Positions 51,301-64,000 are shown, counted from the first letter of the stretch. The stretch: 64,000 bases of DNA from Bugula neritina (GCA_964035545.1 OZ037768.1:16227875-16291874), one strand, 5' to 3'. A program made the numbers and translations. Notes: generated from the letters alone by a model not told the origin.

Positions 51301-52086
51301 AGTCTGTCCAAGAGAGAGACCTCAGGAATCCACCAGGGCCTCCTTTACGCACCAAATAAAACCTATAAACACAACAGGTTGAAACCGTATTTTCTTATGC
51401 TCAAAGCAAACAAATGCAGTTTCAAGACTCAATGTCCAAATAGATGCAAACTAAAGCAAATCAGCAGAAAATGATTATCGCAGTAAATTTTCATAATTCA
51501 GATTTTCATACCAAATGATAATTTCAACTGTTATCAAATCATTTTGAGTAGAGCCTCATAGTGTGTTTGTCCTTTTTTAGAGTTGAAATCTAAACACATC
51601 TTAAAACTTGATTCAATCTGATTTGATCAGAGTTGAAATTATTATTTGATATTAAACTTTAAATCATGAGAATTTACTGCAATAATTATCTTCTCACTCT
51701 CCATTCTCCCTGAAAATTTGATTGTAAAAATGAAATAAGTCACATAATATACAACAACAGTAAGTAAAAAAATTAAAAAAATTAAAAAATAACCCAGACT
51801 ACCTGTAGGTTGCATCTGGTGCCAATGCCCCTCCTTTAGGCCATAGTCCTTGCACTTTGTACGGGATTTCCGACATATCCAGTCTTCTTTCTTTACACAG
51901 CTGACCGCTGGACACAAAAATCTCCGCCAGTTCATAGCTGTTGTGATTGAATTGTCTTGTCTTGTTAACCAGAGTTTTGACTACATCCAGGGCCGTGTAC
52001 TGAGGCTCAACCTGGAGAGTGATAGATGGTTCATTCCATTTTATATCCTGCAGATAGACTGTGATATACTCTGCCTGAGAAGGCAT
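20798..52086 (-). CDS. MYO9: Unconventional myosin IX (RA domain, motor with loop-2 insertion, IQ motifs, C1 zinc finger, RhoGAP), ~2100-2170 aa
   Basis: Exons 5'->3': 51803-52086 (RA), 50956-51362, 50451-50593 (GESGSGKT), 47570-47664 (NSSRFGK), 46722-46784, 45002-45101, 44129-44284, 42949-43026, 42533-42622, 42102-42215, 41238-41372 (DIFGFE), 40386-40507, 39873-40014, 39386-39476, 38495-38596 ([15 protein letters not shown], class IX), 37427-37493, 37153-37288, 36505-36591, 35999-36190, 35525-35653, 33736-33885 (IQ), 33233-33600, 32538-32772, 32293-32416, 30446-31082, 30148-30244, 26601-26688, 26303-26452, 25438-25601, 25012-25192, 24611-24792, 24193-24381 (C1), 22913-23099 (GIYRK arginine finger), 22576-22810, 22365-22479, 21837-21995, 21225-21421, 20798-20912. 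Optional symmetric exons: 38134-38178, 35364-35387, 29521-29553, 27744-27848. All phases are consistent; the tail exons are less certain. Confidence 0.95.
23421..24192 (-). repeat. 18-nt minisatellite (GTGAGTCACTCAGTAGAG on - strand), ~43 units, beginning at the donor of the myosin C1 exon
   Basis: Directly visible. The ORF track shows (VSHSVE)n and (SRGESL)n. An 11-unit block is duplicated at a 306-nt offset. Confidence 0.98.
28049..28470. mobile_element. MITE/foldback element with ~175-bp terminal inverted repeats (GGGTCATTTTAC...GTAAAATGACCC) and a probable 4-bp TSD AGTT
   Basis: 28049-28225 is the imperfect reverse complement of 28306-28470, and AGTT flanks both ends. A related right arm lies at 53440-53598. 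Confidence 0.88.
31716..32155. mobile_element. MITE with ~70-bp TIRs (ATAACAATAGACCCTTTTCAGA...TCTGAAAAGGGTCCATTGTTAT) and a nested internal hairpin
   Basis: The terminal arms are imperfect reverse complements. Internal palindrome TTGGTTACTGAGCAATGCTGAA...TTCAGCATTACTCAGTAACCAA at 31828-31878. Confidence 0.82.
32786..33010. repeat. 8-nt unit minisatellite (CAATATAT/CAATACAC)
   Basis: Directly visible in a myosin intron adjacent to the acceptor at 32773. Confidence 0.9.
34281..34412. mobile_element. Small MITE with perfect 18-bp TIR AGTTGCTATAAGCAGCCC and a TTAGGG-like core
   Basis: AGTTGCTATAAGCAGCCC at 34281 and GGGCTGCTTATAGCAACT ending at 34412. The arms extend imperfectly inward. Confidence 0.8.
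36268..36460. repeat. Tetranucleotide array (AGTA/AGTC/AGTG)n
   Basis: Directly visible. Confidence 0.92.
40111..40322. mobile_element. Tc1/mariner-pogo-type MITE (TA|CAGT...ACTG|TA)
   Basis: Left end TA-CAGTACTCCTCCATATCT versus right-end reverse complement TA-CAGTGCTCTCTCCGTATCT; TA target-site duplication. Confidence 0.72.
43545..44080. repeat. AT-rich minisatellite (ACAGTATAATATRT-type 14-nt unit, degenerating)
   Basis: Directly visible; explains the YIL-rich ORFs. Confidence 0.92.
45486..46708. repeat. 1.2-kb pentamer satellite of interleaved TACTA/TACAA units
   Basis: Directly visible; explains the 444- and 442-aa YYTIL ORFs. Confidence 0.97.
49993..50050. repeat. 29-nt direct tandem duplication AATCTGTAACATCTACACTAGCTACTGTT
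   Basis: Two adjacent identical copies. Confidence 0.85.
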
Positions 52087-53439
52087 CCTTACTCAGCAGG
52101 TGATTGCCTTTCAGTCAGTGCCCGTCATGTGTCTCGACATGTCAGAGCAGGTACTCCTTCACTAAACAGAAAACAGTCAACATGTCATGTGTGTTTAAAG
52201 AAACAAAGGTCAGAGGTGAAGTAAACTTTGTCAGATTATTGCAGTAAATGATTATCAAACAGAGTATATCCCAAAAAGAAATAATTTATATGGCAATGTT
52301 TAGCTTGCAACTAGCACAGATAATTTGAAGTTGGTGTGCAGTAAGAAATCATCATATGGAATTTTAGAATATCTATCTGATAGCCTTGCTTGTTGCTTAT
52401 CTATATTTTACTATCTCCTATTTAATGGGATATACTACATAGAAATACAATAAAGTGAGTGACCAAAGAAACAAGCAATAGTGATGGTGAAGGTGAGTCT
52501 CATTGCAACAACTAGTGTAGAGATTGTTGTTGTTCAAACCATGTTAGACTAAGTTCTAAAACAATAAGACCAATGACTTTTAGTTAATGTGTTGGTGAGT
52601 CGATCACCCACCACTATGATCTAGATTCAAAAGACAGAAATTAGACACCTGCAATCACATGACAGCCAAAACCTGCTTCACTATACAATTCAATTTTGAA
52701 AATCATAACAAACTTCAAGACCCACATCTCCACCTGTATACAAACTGATAATAGTTCGTGTTGTTAACTGTTTGCAGAGCATGTCCCACAAAGCTAATGA
52801 ATTGTAATTTACAAAGTTAAAATGTGAGGGCCTACATTCTAGCTGCCAAAATATCATGCTTTACACAACAGATTAGTAAGCTTAAACTAAAGTAACATCA
52901 AGTTGAAATATGCTTACTGCAGGTGCACCCGTGGGGATAGCAGTAGAAACACCTATTACATCAACGTTATCGTGGCATGATTACTATTTTCAAACAGAAC
53001 AGTGCTAAAAAAGTTTTACTGTTTTATATGTATACAATGCATGTGCACTATAGTAGAATATAACCATCACAAATTAGATATGTGTGCACCAAAACTGTTA
53101 CACTAATTTACAGTTTTGGAGAGTAATGTCAGCCAATGAATATAAAAGGTTTGAAAGAAGATACCTTGAAAATAACAAGAAACAATATGTTATTTAAAAG
53201 TTATAATTTTCATTTAAAAAATGTATTTCATTTTTTAAATTTCCTAAGCCCATCAGTCAATAGCCATTTATAAATACTATTTCCGAATACTTGATGATCT
53301 ATACAGCACGTTTTTACAAAAACCGACTTGTAACACCGAGAAAAAATTAAAACTGCTATAGATAAAATTTTTAATTCAAGTGTGAGAGCGCGATGAAAAA
53401 ACATCATGTCGCACACCCAAATTACTAAAAAATTAGGAT

Positions 53440-53598
53440 AAAACATAGGAAATCAAGAAAAATTAGAAAACCACTTTTCTTATTCAGTTGTATTTGTTAA
53501 TATTTTATCAGTTTATATACATTAGTAGCTAAACTGTGAAAAATAGCTAAAAACCAGATATATATATATAGTGTGTACTAAATTAAATAAAATGACCC
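53440..53598. mobile_element. Degenerate single arm of the same MITE family as 28049-28470
   Basis: Shares cat(a/g)ggaaatcaag.aaaatta, gctaaa.tgtgaaaaatagctaaaaac and the terminal aaatgaccc with 28309-28470. Confidence 0.75.
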
Positions 53599-54179
53599 TA
53601 ATGCCTAAAAGGACACAATCACATTCTTGGTCCATAGGTCATAGGTGTAACTGCTAGGGCATTGGGTTTAGATTCAGACTAATTGCAACTGTGGCTGTAT
53701 TGCTATTAGTATTACACTATTACTATTAGTATTACTTTAATGATACAATAGTATTTAATATTTATATTGATAATCATCAATACTTTTTAATGAAAATTCT
53801 AAATAATTTAGCATTATGGTTATCAATATCACTATGATTAACTTTTTACTTTGCAATTGAAAGCAAGCTCAACTGTAACTGTAAGAATCATGCACTTGTA
53901 GATGATCAGTTTTAATAAAAAATACATAAAAATTATCACTATCATTATGATTAACAGATTATGACTACCATCATCATTATGATTATCATTACGACAATGA
54001 TCTTGATGGGCATTGACTCATCGTAACACTTCAACTCAAACTGTGACTAATTTAATTATAAGTATTACTAATAGTAATAACATCATCAAATTCAATAAGA
54101 CTAAAACTGAAATTAGCAGCCTGAGCCTCAGGCTTAAAAAATCAAAATGACAATAGTGAATACACGAACTGAACAGTCT

Positions 54180-54470
54180 CATACTGATACTCATAGTGAT
54201 ACTGATAATAAGTATAAGTATTACTATTACATTTACCATTACTAGTATTAGTATTACTATTAGACTTAGTATTAGTATTACTATTACTATTACTAATAGT
54301 ATTAGTATTAGTATTAGAATAAAAATATACACTAATCTATTAGTATTACTAATACTAATAGTAATACTAATAGTAATAGTATTACATTTACTGAGTAATA
54401 GTAATACCATTAGTATTACTATTACTATTAGTATTATTATTACAGTATCAGTATGAGTATGAGTATTAGT
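54180..54470. repeat. (AGTATT/ACTATT)n low-complexity array
   Basis: Directly visible; similar patches at 53700-53740 and 57420-57640. Confidence 0.85.
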
Positions 54471-57400
54471 AATTAGATAATTACTAAATTAGTAATACTT
54501 ATACTAATTTAGTAATTATCTAATAGTAAATGAAATACAGATTAAATTTACAAATAATGTCTGTCGTGCAAATAAGCAATCTGTTGAGAATATGATATAA
54601 ATTTATTAGCAATTCTAAAGCTTTACAACAAAATCATGTCTGCTTTCATCTCGACAGTAAGTGAGTAAGTAAGTGTAACTCAAAACATTTCAAGGTGGTA
54701 GGTTCTCATTTCTACGGAAGTGTCTCTGATCAACGACTCACCAGAATAGATTTGGCTATTCTATTGCATACAATTAATTTCGAAGTACTAATAATACGAA
54801 TAAGCAACTCCAAAAACTAAGGTTAGTATAACAACTCCAAAAAGGTTGTTGAGATAATTATGATAAAATTATTTGGAATTTATAGTTTTTAGATTCCATT
54901 CAAGTTATGCCAACATATTTTTGTGTAATAGCTACATTCTAAACTTTGCATGAATTAATAACTGTGTTCTCATCTCCTTTTTTCCTATAAATACTTTTTA
55001 ACATATAAAAGTTAATCAGTATGTTATTCAAATTATATAATGTTGCAATTTGCGTTGTAGTTTCACAAAAATATGCAAAATATTTGTAAATGTACTACAA
55101 CATATTACATACATATTGAGTTACGTAAGTGAATAAGTTATAGGGTAGCAGCAGTAATTTAAAAGATAAACAACAAAATAGTTTAATATTAGTAATACAT
55201 GGAACTTATGCAATCATTATTATTGCTAATCTAATTTCCTAATTCTCTGAAAAGTTACATTATATCATTTATAATTATATGAGTTTTGAAGTTTTAATCA
55301 CTTTACAGCTGATACACTGTGAAATAAATACATATTCAAATTATATTTTGTGCTGGCTTTATCAATCTATAACTAAATAGTTATAATTAGATGGTATAAA
55401 AAAAATTAATCCCAATACTTCAAGTTAATAAAGTAGATCAAATTATGAAATGAATAAGCTCACAGCTTATTCTATCATGCATCTTGCATAAATATAATAA
55501 ATTATTATTATATACCTTTATATATTAATTGTTGTGCAAGATACACACATTAAGCAATTATTTAGTTTGTGCATGTACTTTTTACAACAGTTGCTATATA
55601 AATGTATATCGTTTGTATATCATTTGTACATTATTGTACAAATTATAAATTAATAACAAAATTATATAGTTTGGGACCTACAAGTAACTAATTTGATTGT
55701 ATTTACATGATGCTGTTTACAAAAATTCACTAATTATATATAATCATTATCAAGAATCAGGCTGGCGTGAAGCAAGAAACTTATAAAACTTACGAAACCA
55801 ACATAAAGGAGTCTTGAAAATGTTTTATTCCCATTTGTGAAGTTGTCTTCTTTGTGCAACAGTTCATTTTCTTTCAATTAAAGGATACAACATGCTAAAT
55901 CCATTCTAATATAGATGAAACTTTAAATAATTTATAAGATGGTTGTCAAAATTATATGTTCAAGTTTAGAGATATTTTATAGATGATTTCATGTCAGCAT
56001 AGCAACTGAGAAATGCATTAAAATCACAAATAAGATGATCAAATAAATGCTAAGAGTTGCAGTCATTATGTTAGTGAGTCGAAAGGGTATTGCATGGTAT
56101 AGTGTGCTGAATTCATCTGTTATTTGCCTGCGGCATGAAACAGTTTGTTCATATGAAAACTGGTTTAAGAAAATAAGTGATAGTGATCGCAGGCAGCTGA
56201 GCTCTAACTTTCTAAACTTCTCCAATCTAATAAAGAATTGTAAGGTAGTGCTTTCTAAACTTCCTTGATTTACATATTGCAGATAGTAATGATCTACCTT
56301 GTTTAATTGAGACCTGCGAGCACTGATTTTGGGACTGTTAGGGATAAGTAATTTAGAATAATGTAGCATTGCAATACTAAACAACTAGGTTGTTGAAATC
56401 AAGGAATGAATAGTATATATTCAACTGTATTAATAATATTTCTCGGCTCATTTTAATTGTATAATCCTGCAAACTTTATTAGTTTATATGAGAAACGTAA
56501 TCTTTTTGCTTAGTAGAACCTTCATGCCAATTTCTGAATAAGAAAAAACTTTAGTTTTCCACCACTCTATTATATTATAACCGAATTACCCATAAGTATT
56601 ATAGTAATACCAGGAAAGTGTATCATGAATTGAAAAATTTAATCCTATCTAATGTGTAAAGAGCTTAGAAGTTCAAAACAAGACAACTTCTTTCATTCAA
56701 TGCACACATTCTGTACACTATATTGTTATTGTAAATTCTTAAATTGAATACAGCCATGCACCAGACAATGTGAACATTGGAATGTGAGTGCCATTAAGAT
56801 TCTATTTATAGTATGCCCTATGGCCTATACATTCAGCAGTGGCCACTCTGCAAGTAAAAGACATAGCATATCATAATATCTTAGATCTTATTGGATGAAC
56901 CTTGAATAGTTCCGTTTAAAATTTTATGTTGAAAAATCAATCATTATATTATTTGCAGCAAAAAATAGTTATAGTCTTGTAAGTTTTGCTCTTCCTATCA
57001 GACTGGGTCGTATGGTCAATAGCGCAGTATTACACTCTATTGTTTCTGCTCTGCTCTAGTTTGTTTTTGCAAATTCTATATCATTGAAATGATTCGCTCA
57101 ATAAAATCACATTATCCAATAAAATTCTGAGCTCTACGGGGCAAATAAGTTTACCACATGGTTACTACTTGCGGCGGTAACATAAAAACAATCTCGCACG
57201 CCGACTCACACTCAGGCTTGCCTTTCTTTTTGCTGGCGTAGCAGACTGAAAATCTAATCGTTACTAGCGGCAATGGTGGTGTTTTACTGCCATAAACTCA
57301 CAGCATTTGATTATATCTGTCAATTACAATTACTAGAGAATTAGATTAAACATATCTGGTTATCACATACTTATAGTTATACAGTATTAGTATACATTAA

Positions 57401-58255
57401 CTTATAGTTTTGCTAAGTCTAATACTAATACTAATAGTAATACTAATACTAATAGTAATAGTAATACTAATATTAATACTTATACTTATAGTTATAGTAT
57501 AACTTATTGAGTATTACTATTAACTATAACTATAAGTACTTATAGTTAAAGTTGATTACGGCAAGGTGTAGTCAGTATAACTAGCAGTGATTATTGGATT
57601 TAGTATAGCTAATACTAATACTAATACTAATAGTAATACTCTAAATCGAATGAAATTTTAAATCATACCTTTGAATTAGGGTTACTGATTCACTCATTTA
57701 TCATTTATGGTATCCGTATTGATAAGTTGTTTATGTTATTATTAATATTATTAGAAAGTTATTAAAAATATTGGTAGTTGGTTCAATTATATTTTGTTAG
57801 ACTGTTAGTGTTTGTTTTTCGAATATTGACTTTAGTTTGGTCTTACTCTTACTAACTCTAGTATCTGGTTAGAAATGTTGAAAGGTTAAGGACTGAAAGT
57901 TCGTAAAATCTAAATTATAAATAATGACAATTTCGTATCATTATTGTTAATAATTATAAATTATAGTTTATAGTTGAAATACAAGCTTTAAATAGTAGAT
58001 ATAAAGTGGGGTTTTGGTTATGAGTTATGAGCCTACAAATAAAAGTAAGTCCAAGACAAAAACAAAGGGTTATGTGGATAGAATAATTTTGAAATGGATT
58101 TGACAAAGTTTAAGTTAGATTTTAGTCGATTACCAGATATTCACTACCAGTAAAAGTATCCTTATATAATTTTAAGGAAGTTTTTTGTTTGTTTGAATGT
58201 TATGTTGATAATATTTATTTATCTTGCTTTCAGTTCAACCACTGAGTGTTAATCC

Positions 58256-61200
58256 ATGATTTTGTCTGTAGCTATGAGTAAGAATCAAGGTGAAGACGGT
58301 GACGACTCTAATTCTTCTGTTCAGAATACTTACACTGACAGCAGTGATTGTGACACCAGTCAAAGCCAAATTGAAAGTGAAAATGATGTTGCATTTGCTC
58401 CAAGAAGTGCAAAGACAAATAATTTTGACAATAAACTTCTAACTGGAAATACATCTAAGCCTGAAAACCTTCCTCACAACCATGACAAATCGGAAAAAGC
58501 AGCATCAACAGTTGGTACTGATACTCTCACTGATCAAAGTTACTTGTTGGCTGGTGCTACTTCAAACTACAACTCATCAAACAGCAATAATCTGTACTCA
58601 GGTTAGTTAGTGAATAAACATTACAGTTAAGCATACAGAATGTGTATTCTAAGTTATGCAAGTCCTGACATGTAAAAAGGAAAATAGTTTTTTGAAACTG
58701 TAATTGTTATTCTTAATTATACGATGGCAAGACAATTAGGCTACAGGATGATATATATTCTGTCTTATCTCACTACTTGTACTTAAACACAACATTGCTT
58801 CTATTAATCATATCCAATCTTAACCAAAATTGACCAGTTTATTAGATTTATTGTAACTTATGCTTTTAAATATTGTTTATAGATTTGTTTTTTTTAAGGT
58901 GTTTCGCTGTGTAAAAATCTTGTGCAGTTTATTCATTTACTTACTAAACACAATATTTATACATTTGTCTGTTTGAGAGTACATTGAAACTTTCATTACT
59001 CGTCTCAATGTCCTGGAGTATAATGTAAGAAAATTTGTTTTCAGAGGATTCACAGTATATCTTTAGTTTAATTGTTTGCAGAATCTGGATATGAGAATGG
59101 TGGCGTTGATAAAGATTTGACTAGCAATGGCGATGCAAATACCGCTGGTCACAATATTGAACAAAAGCTGGGTGAAGGTAAAAGTCAGGTTTCTTTGATT
59201 GGTTCATCTGACACCAGGCTTAGTTTTGATGAGGAAACAAGTGAGAAAAAGGGGTGAGTTTTCATTAGCTATGTGTATTGACAAAATAAAGCATAGTTAT
59301 TAGTACTAACTTGCACTTCACTCATGCATATATATTTTTCATTATCTGACATCAATAATAGCTGAGAAGTTACATGCTAGCCTGGCAATAGATCAATTTT
59401 TGCAGTGTGCAGCATTTACATATTATTTCTATTTGGCTATAAAACAGGTTCTGAATTTTTAAAATCAGCCTGACATAAATTTTCCTGCATTTCAAATCAG
59501 GCAGCCACTGTCATTTATAGCTTTAAGCCTATGTAAAATTTTAATTTAAAAGCCTATCTTAATTCCTTAGTAAAGCTTATAGTTGATGAAAGACACTATT
59601 TAATTGTTTACATTTTCTTCATTTTTTAGTGTTCTATGTTGTGGTAATTCTGCTCCATCTGAAGATAAAACAGGCTTCTTTGAATTGGTTGGTGACTTTA
59701 CTTAACAATTCTTTGTTTTGAACGATTATGTATAACTACATTATATAGTATTTTACAACGTAGCATCACAGTGATGCATTTATAGAGTTTAAGAGACACA
59801 AGCAGGCACTATTTTGTGTGCCAGAAAGTTTCACGGTAAATTTGTTTTTATGATGAAATCTTACAGATATCACACTTGCATAACAGATTCAAGGTAATGA
59901 TTAATTAACCCGAGTGAAGAAACGATTATATGATATCAGAATATTTGTTGTCATGCTCCACTCAAGTCTATTATTGGAACAAGTAGATAAATTAGATGGG
60001 ATTGGGTAAAATAGCTTGTAGTGTGCTTTGCCCTTTGGTGTATTGCAATTAAATATCAACAATAAATTTAAAAGAAAAAAAAATTGATAGCTCTTTTGTC
60101 TTTGGAGCCCAAAATGTACGGCAGTGAATATTACATTTGTAATTGTTATCTACTGTTTACTGTAGTAAATAATCAACCTTTTTTTCTAGAAATAGAATGC
60201 TTCGGCGTTTACTGTTATCAGAATTGTTTCATGATTTCAATAGCATAAACTGAAACTTCATTGTTGAAATCACATATTTTTCTCTTCAGTAATTAAAACT
60301 GCCCAAATACCACGTGAATAATGATTTGTTATACAACAGAAAACTCACTGTAATGCTTTATAATTGAAATAAGAGTATCTGAATTACATTTCAGTTGTGT
60401 AAGTCTACATGCATGACTAAGCATGGGATCAGTTGATGTGACAGAATGGGACATTGCTCTTTTGACAATTTAGAAATATAAAGTGTAGATAAATCAATAC
60501 TTTACTTATTTACATTTTTACAAAGTGTTTATGTTCCTGTATTAGTTATACCAGGCAGGTGTTATATTTACAGTTTCGATATGCGGACAAGCTGGATGTT
60601 TTACTCATGATAACTGGCTCTCTGTTTATGGTGTGCACTGGATCTGTTTTGCCAGTGAATCTCTACTTCTTTGGTACTCTGTTAACCCAGATGATAACAT
60701 TCGACACGCCTCTTAATAGCACAGCATTGCTTAATGACACAAGTACCCTATCAAGTTGCATTGAACAGCGAGTAGCTAGGTTTGTTGTTTCAAATATCTT
60801 TATTAGTTTTAGTTCAACAGTTTTATTCTTTTTAGCTTTTTGTGTTTTATTTATTATTGTTTTATTGTTGGCGAATTGAATAACAATAATAACCTAGCAA
60901 TTATTCTACTGTTTATTAATCAAATGATTGAAGGAATTCCAGTAGACTTTTGCTGTCAAAATTGAAGTATAACTGTAATTTTTTGGAATTATTAGATAGT
61001 TTTTTTCATTAAACTCAATTCATAGAAAAATTTGGCTAGATATTTTGATTTATAATAAGAACGTAAATGTGTTTGCTTTATCAAGGTATTTGGAATTTGA
61101 ATCAACAAACACAGCATCGTTTGATTTACCCATCCTTTTAACTTAAGAAAATTTAAAACAAAAATAGACAGTTTCTAGTTCTTTTTTATATTATGCATAC

Positions 61201-64000
61201 ATGAGATGTAATGTCAAATATTTTAGTATGGCACAAGAGGGGATTACCTCCAGCAGTGAAGTTCTGAGTTTTGTTGTTAACAAATATGTTGTGGCTATCA
61301 TTATTATTGGAATAGGAATGCTGGTGACCTCCTACTTGGGTAAGTTGTGTGCAATCATTCTCAACTACAACTATAATGTTGTAGTTGAGAATACAAATAC
61401 AAATACCTTTCGTAAAGCATAACATGGGAGGTATTTGTTGAATCTCTCTTTCTCAATTTTTTTCTAAGGTTTTCAATTTCATATTCTACATCTATTTTGA
61501 AGCTTCAAAAACTTTAGCATCTATCAGCTCTGTACTTGCAATATTAGGGGAGGGGGGGGGGCAGCAACCAACTAGTCCAAGTTCAATAATTTTTTAAAAA
61601 TAGGGTTAACTTGTCTAACTACTGAACTTGACTTGAAAATTTTGATTGACTTGCAAGTCTTTAGAATTTAGGTAGGCCACACATAAAATGAGAAGCATGT
61701 TTTTTTAATTTATTGCAACTTTTTCAAACTTTTAATTTAGTTGTCTATCCTTAAATCTGCATGATCAATAATGTTTTAATCAAAACATTCAAATGCATTT
61801 CTCTGTTAGAGGAGAAATATTAAAGAAATAAATAACTTTTGTAAAGTTGGTTTGTGTATCAAGTTATTATTTTATTTAAATATAATTGCATACCATGGAT
61901 TTTCAGTTCCCTACTAACTTGCTTACATACAAATCTTTAATTGAAAATTACAAGTTTTGTCTTGCATCAAACACTGATAATTTTGTCAATTTAAGTTTAA
62001 TAGATCTGATGTAATCAAGTCCTTGTGTGATTTCAATTTAACACATGCATTAGTCTAAATCTTGCTAGTCAGCTGCTACTTTGACCTTGACTGAAATTAG
62101 CCAAAGGTCATTGCCTGGACATTGGTCTAGCTTTTTCCAAAATTTTCTGGATGCTTAAAGACTAGTTTACAAGAATTTAACCATCTATTTCCTTCAATCA
62201 TTTTTATTTTGAAAGGGAAATTTAAATATAAACATTGCAAGTTTTAAAAAGTTCTGTCAAATGTCAATATTTAGCTAATGGAATAAAAATATTGAATGAT
62301 TTAGACAGCTTGCTCTACATAATACTTTACTGATGGCTAATGGTAGTGTTAGTATTAATATGTTAATCAATACTGGATACTTTCTAGTGGACTTTTTCAT
62401 TGTAGTTAGAGTTGACTGTAGAGATATTTGTTTTGAACTTGGTGGCAGGTTGTGAGGGTTTCTCTGTCACATTATCTTTATTGCAAATCTAAAGTATGCT
62501 ATAATACAACATTTAACTGCCTTACTGCTACTACTACTCCCACTACTGCTACTACTACTCCCACTACTGCTACTACTACTACTGCTGCTACTACTACTGC
62601 TACTACTGCTACTACTACTGCTACTACTGCTATTACTACTGCCACTACTACTGCTATTAAGACGACTGATATTTCTACATATCCTATAAGGAATGAGGAG
62701 CATAAAGCAAAGTCTTTCAGCCAGTCAGTGAATGACTATGAGTAACAATTATGTGGGCTAGCCCTGATTTAATTTGGTACACAAGCGTACACAGTGGGTG
62801 CAGGTACACTATCGACTAAGATTCAGTTGATAGGAACATAGTACCCCATGTTTGTGCCCTTTCCTTTAACAACAAGAACTGGCACTAGCTCTAGGTTGAC
62901 TTGTATTCTATGCTAGGTATCTGGAGTCCAAGGTGCAATATTGGGTAGTTTCATGGGTACACAAGTTTGTGTGTTATGCTCATTCTCTCCTAGGGTTATG
63001 TAGACAACTTGTTCTTTGTATAGTGTGTGCAATAAACTAGCTGCATGGTCTGTGTTTAAGTGGACTCCTGTTAACTGTGTTCTACCTGTAAACTCAATGC
63101 TTTATAACTTCATTAACTTTTAGCACTCCGCCATCATTAAACATGTAACATCTACAGAAAATATATCATGTTGTAAAAAAATTGTTTTGTGGCAGTACAA
63201 TCTAAAACTTAACTATTTTTACCAAAAGAGTGTTTGATGAGAAGCCCTGTTAGTTTTAGAGTGTTAATATTCTATAGGAATGTCATTTTGGATGTGGACT
63301 GGAGATAGACAGATCAGGAGAATTAGGACAGCATATTTCAACTCCATCATGAGGCAAAGCATCGGCTTCTTCGATACCAACGAGTGTGGCGAGTTGAGTT
63401 CCCGGCTGGCAGAGTAAGTGTCTCTCATGTTTCGAGTGAACATACATGTAGCTTGTAAGTTGTAAAGAATGTTTAGCTGAGCCCACTGGTGTAGTGACCA
63501 GCTGTAGAAAACCTATTCACAATCTCTCTCAGTCCTCTTTGTTTATAATAGTAGCCAGTGCACATTGGGAATCTGTCTCATTGTTTCAATGTTTAGTATA
63601 TGTTACGCAAAGCGAGACTCACTATTATGAGCAAATTGTTTGTGTATCTCAGAAAGATTTGGGTTCTAAATTTGCTATACTTTCAAAGATGCTAAAATCA
63701 CTACATTCTGAGCCTCCAACAGTTTATACCCAAAAGTCTGTGCAAAGGAATCAGTTGCTATACTCTATACTATTAGCACTCTCAGCTCTTTAGCTTTGTA
63801 TAATGTGCATCTAGCCATAAAGAGCTAATTGTTTGTGTTGTATTGCAGTGACGTTTCAAGACTGGAAAATGGGTTTGGGGATAAGATGGCTACGTTTGTT
63901 CAGTGGTTCTCCACGTTCATTGGTGGATACAGCATAGGCTTCATCAGCAGTTGGAAGTTAACCTTGACCGTCATAGCCATGTGTCCACTATTAGTCATTA
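58256..64000 (+). CDS. ABCB1: ABC transporter subfamily B (P-glycoprotein/MDR1-like), 3'-partial (exons 58256-58601, 59082-59253, 59630-59687, 60574-60779, 61227-61339, 63278-63413, 63849->64000)
   Basis: GFFEL|FRYADKLDVLLMITG...LPVNLYFFG, FWMWTGDRQIRRIRTAYFNSIMRQSIGFFDTNECGELSSRLA and DVSRLENGFGDKMATFVQWFSTFIGGYSIGFISSWKLTL match the ABCB1 TMD1 signature. Junctions are phase-consistent. The start could be 58256 or 58274. Confidence 0.93.
62524..62657. repeat. (ACT/GCT)n trinucleotide microsatellite in an ABCB1 intron
   Basis: Directly visible; explains the poly-T/poly-S ORFs. Confidence 0.93.

Noticed and set aside
54036-54456. Hydrophobic ILIL/ISIT ORFs resembling membrane proteins
   Set aside because: Low-complexity hexamer repeat.
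62452-62745. Poly-Thr/poly-Ser mucin-like ORFs
   Set aside because: (ACT)n microsatellite in an ABCB1 intron; the flanking exons join in phase without it.

Overview
AT-rich, intron-rich animal genomic DNA. A lophotrochozoan source is inferred from the CYP10-like P450; the window has no prokaryotic features. Five protein-coding genes were reconstructed by hand with phase-consistent GT-AG exon chains. Two are tandem nicotinic acetylcholine receptor alpha subunits on + (the first is 5'-truncated). A complete 12-exon mitochondrial-clan cytochrome P450 (CYP10-like) and a complete ~40-exon class IX myosin (RA - motor - IQ/SAH - C1 - RhoGAP) lie on -. The 5' part of an ABCB1/MDR transporter lies on +, head-to-head with the myosin. 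Introns carry several MITEs, a tRNA-derived SINE and many micro/minisatellites, which explain most of the long spurious ORFs. The most unusual element is an 18-nt minisatellite (23421-24192) built from the 5' splice site of the myosin C1-domain exon. It has ~43 in-frame, stop-free units, ~28 retaining a GT donor, and could make a variable-length (VSHSVE)n linker between C1 and RhoGAP. Each unit also carries a donor-masking palindrome and an AP-1-type site. Other candidates are a 24-nt converter microexon mimicking the end of the preceding exon, paired alternative splice sites in nAChR copy 2, a gene-conversion-like tract between the nAChR paralogs, an expanding SAH helix between IQ motifs, and a long ABCB1 N-terminal extension. 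All splice models come from sequence alone and need RNA confirmation.
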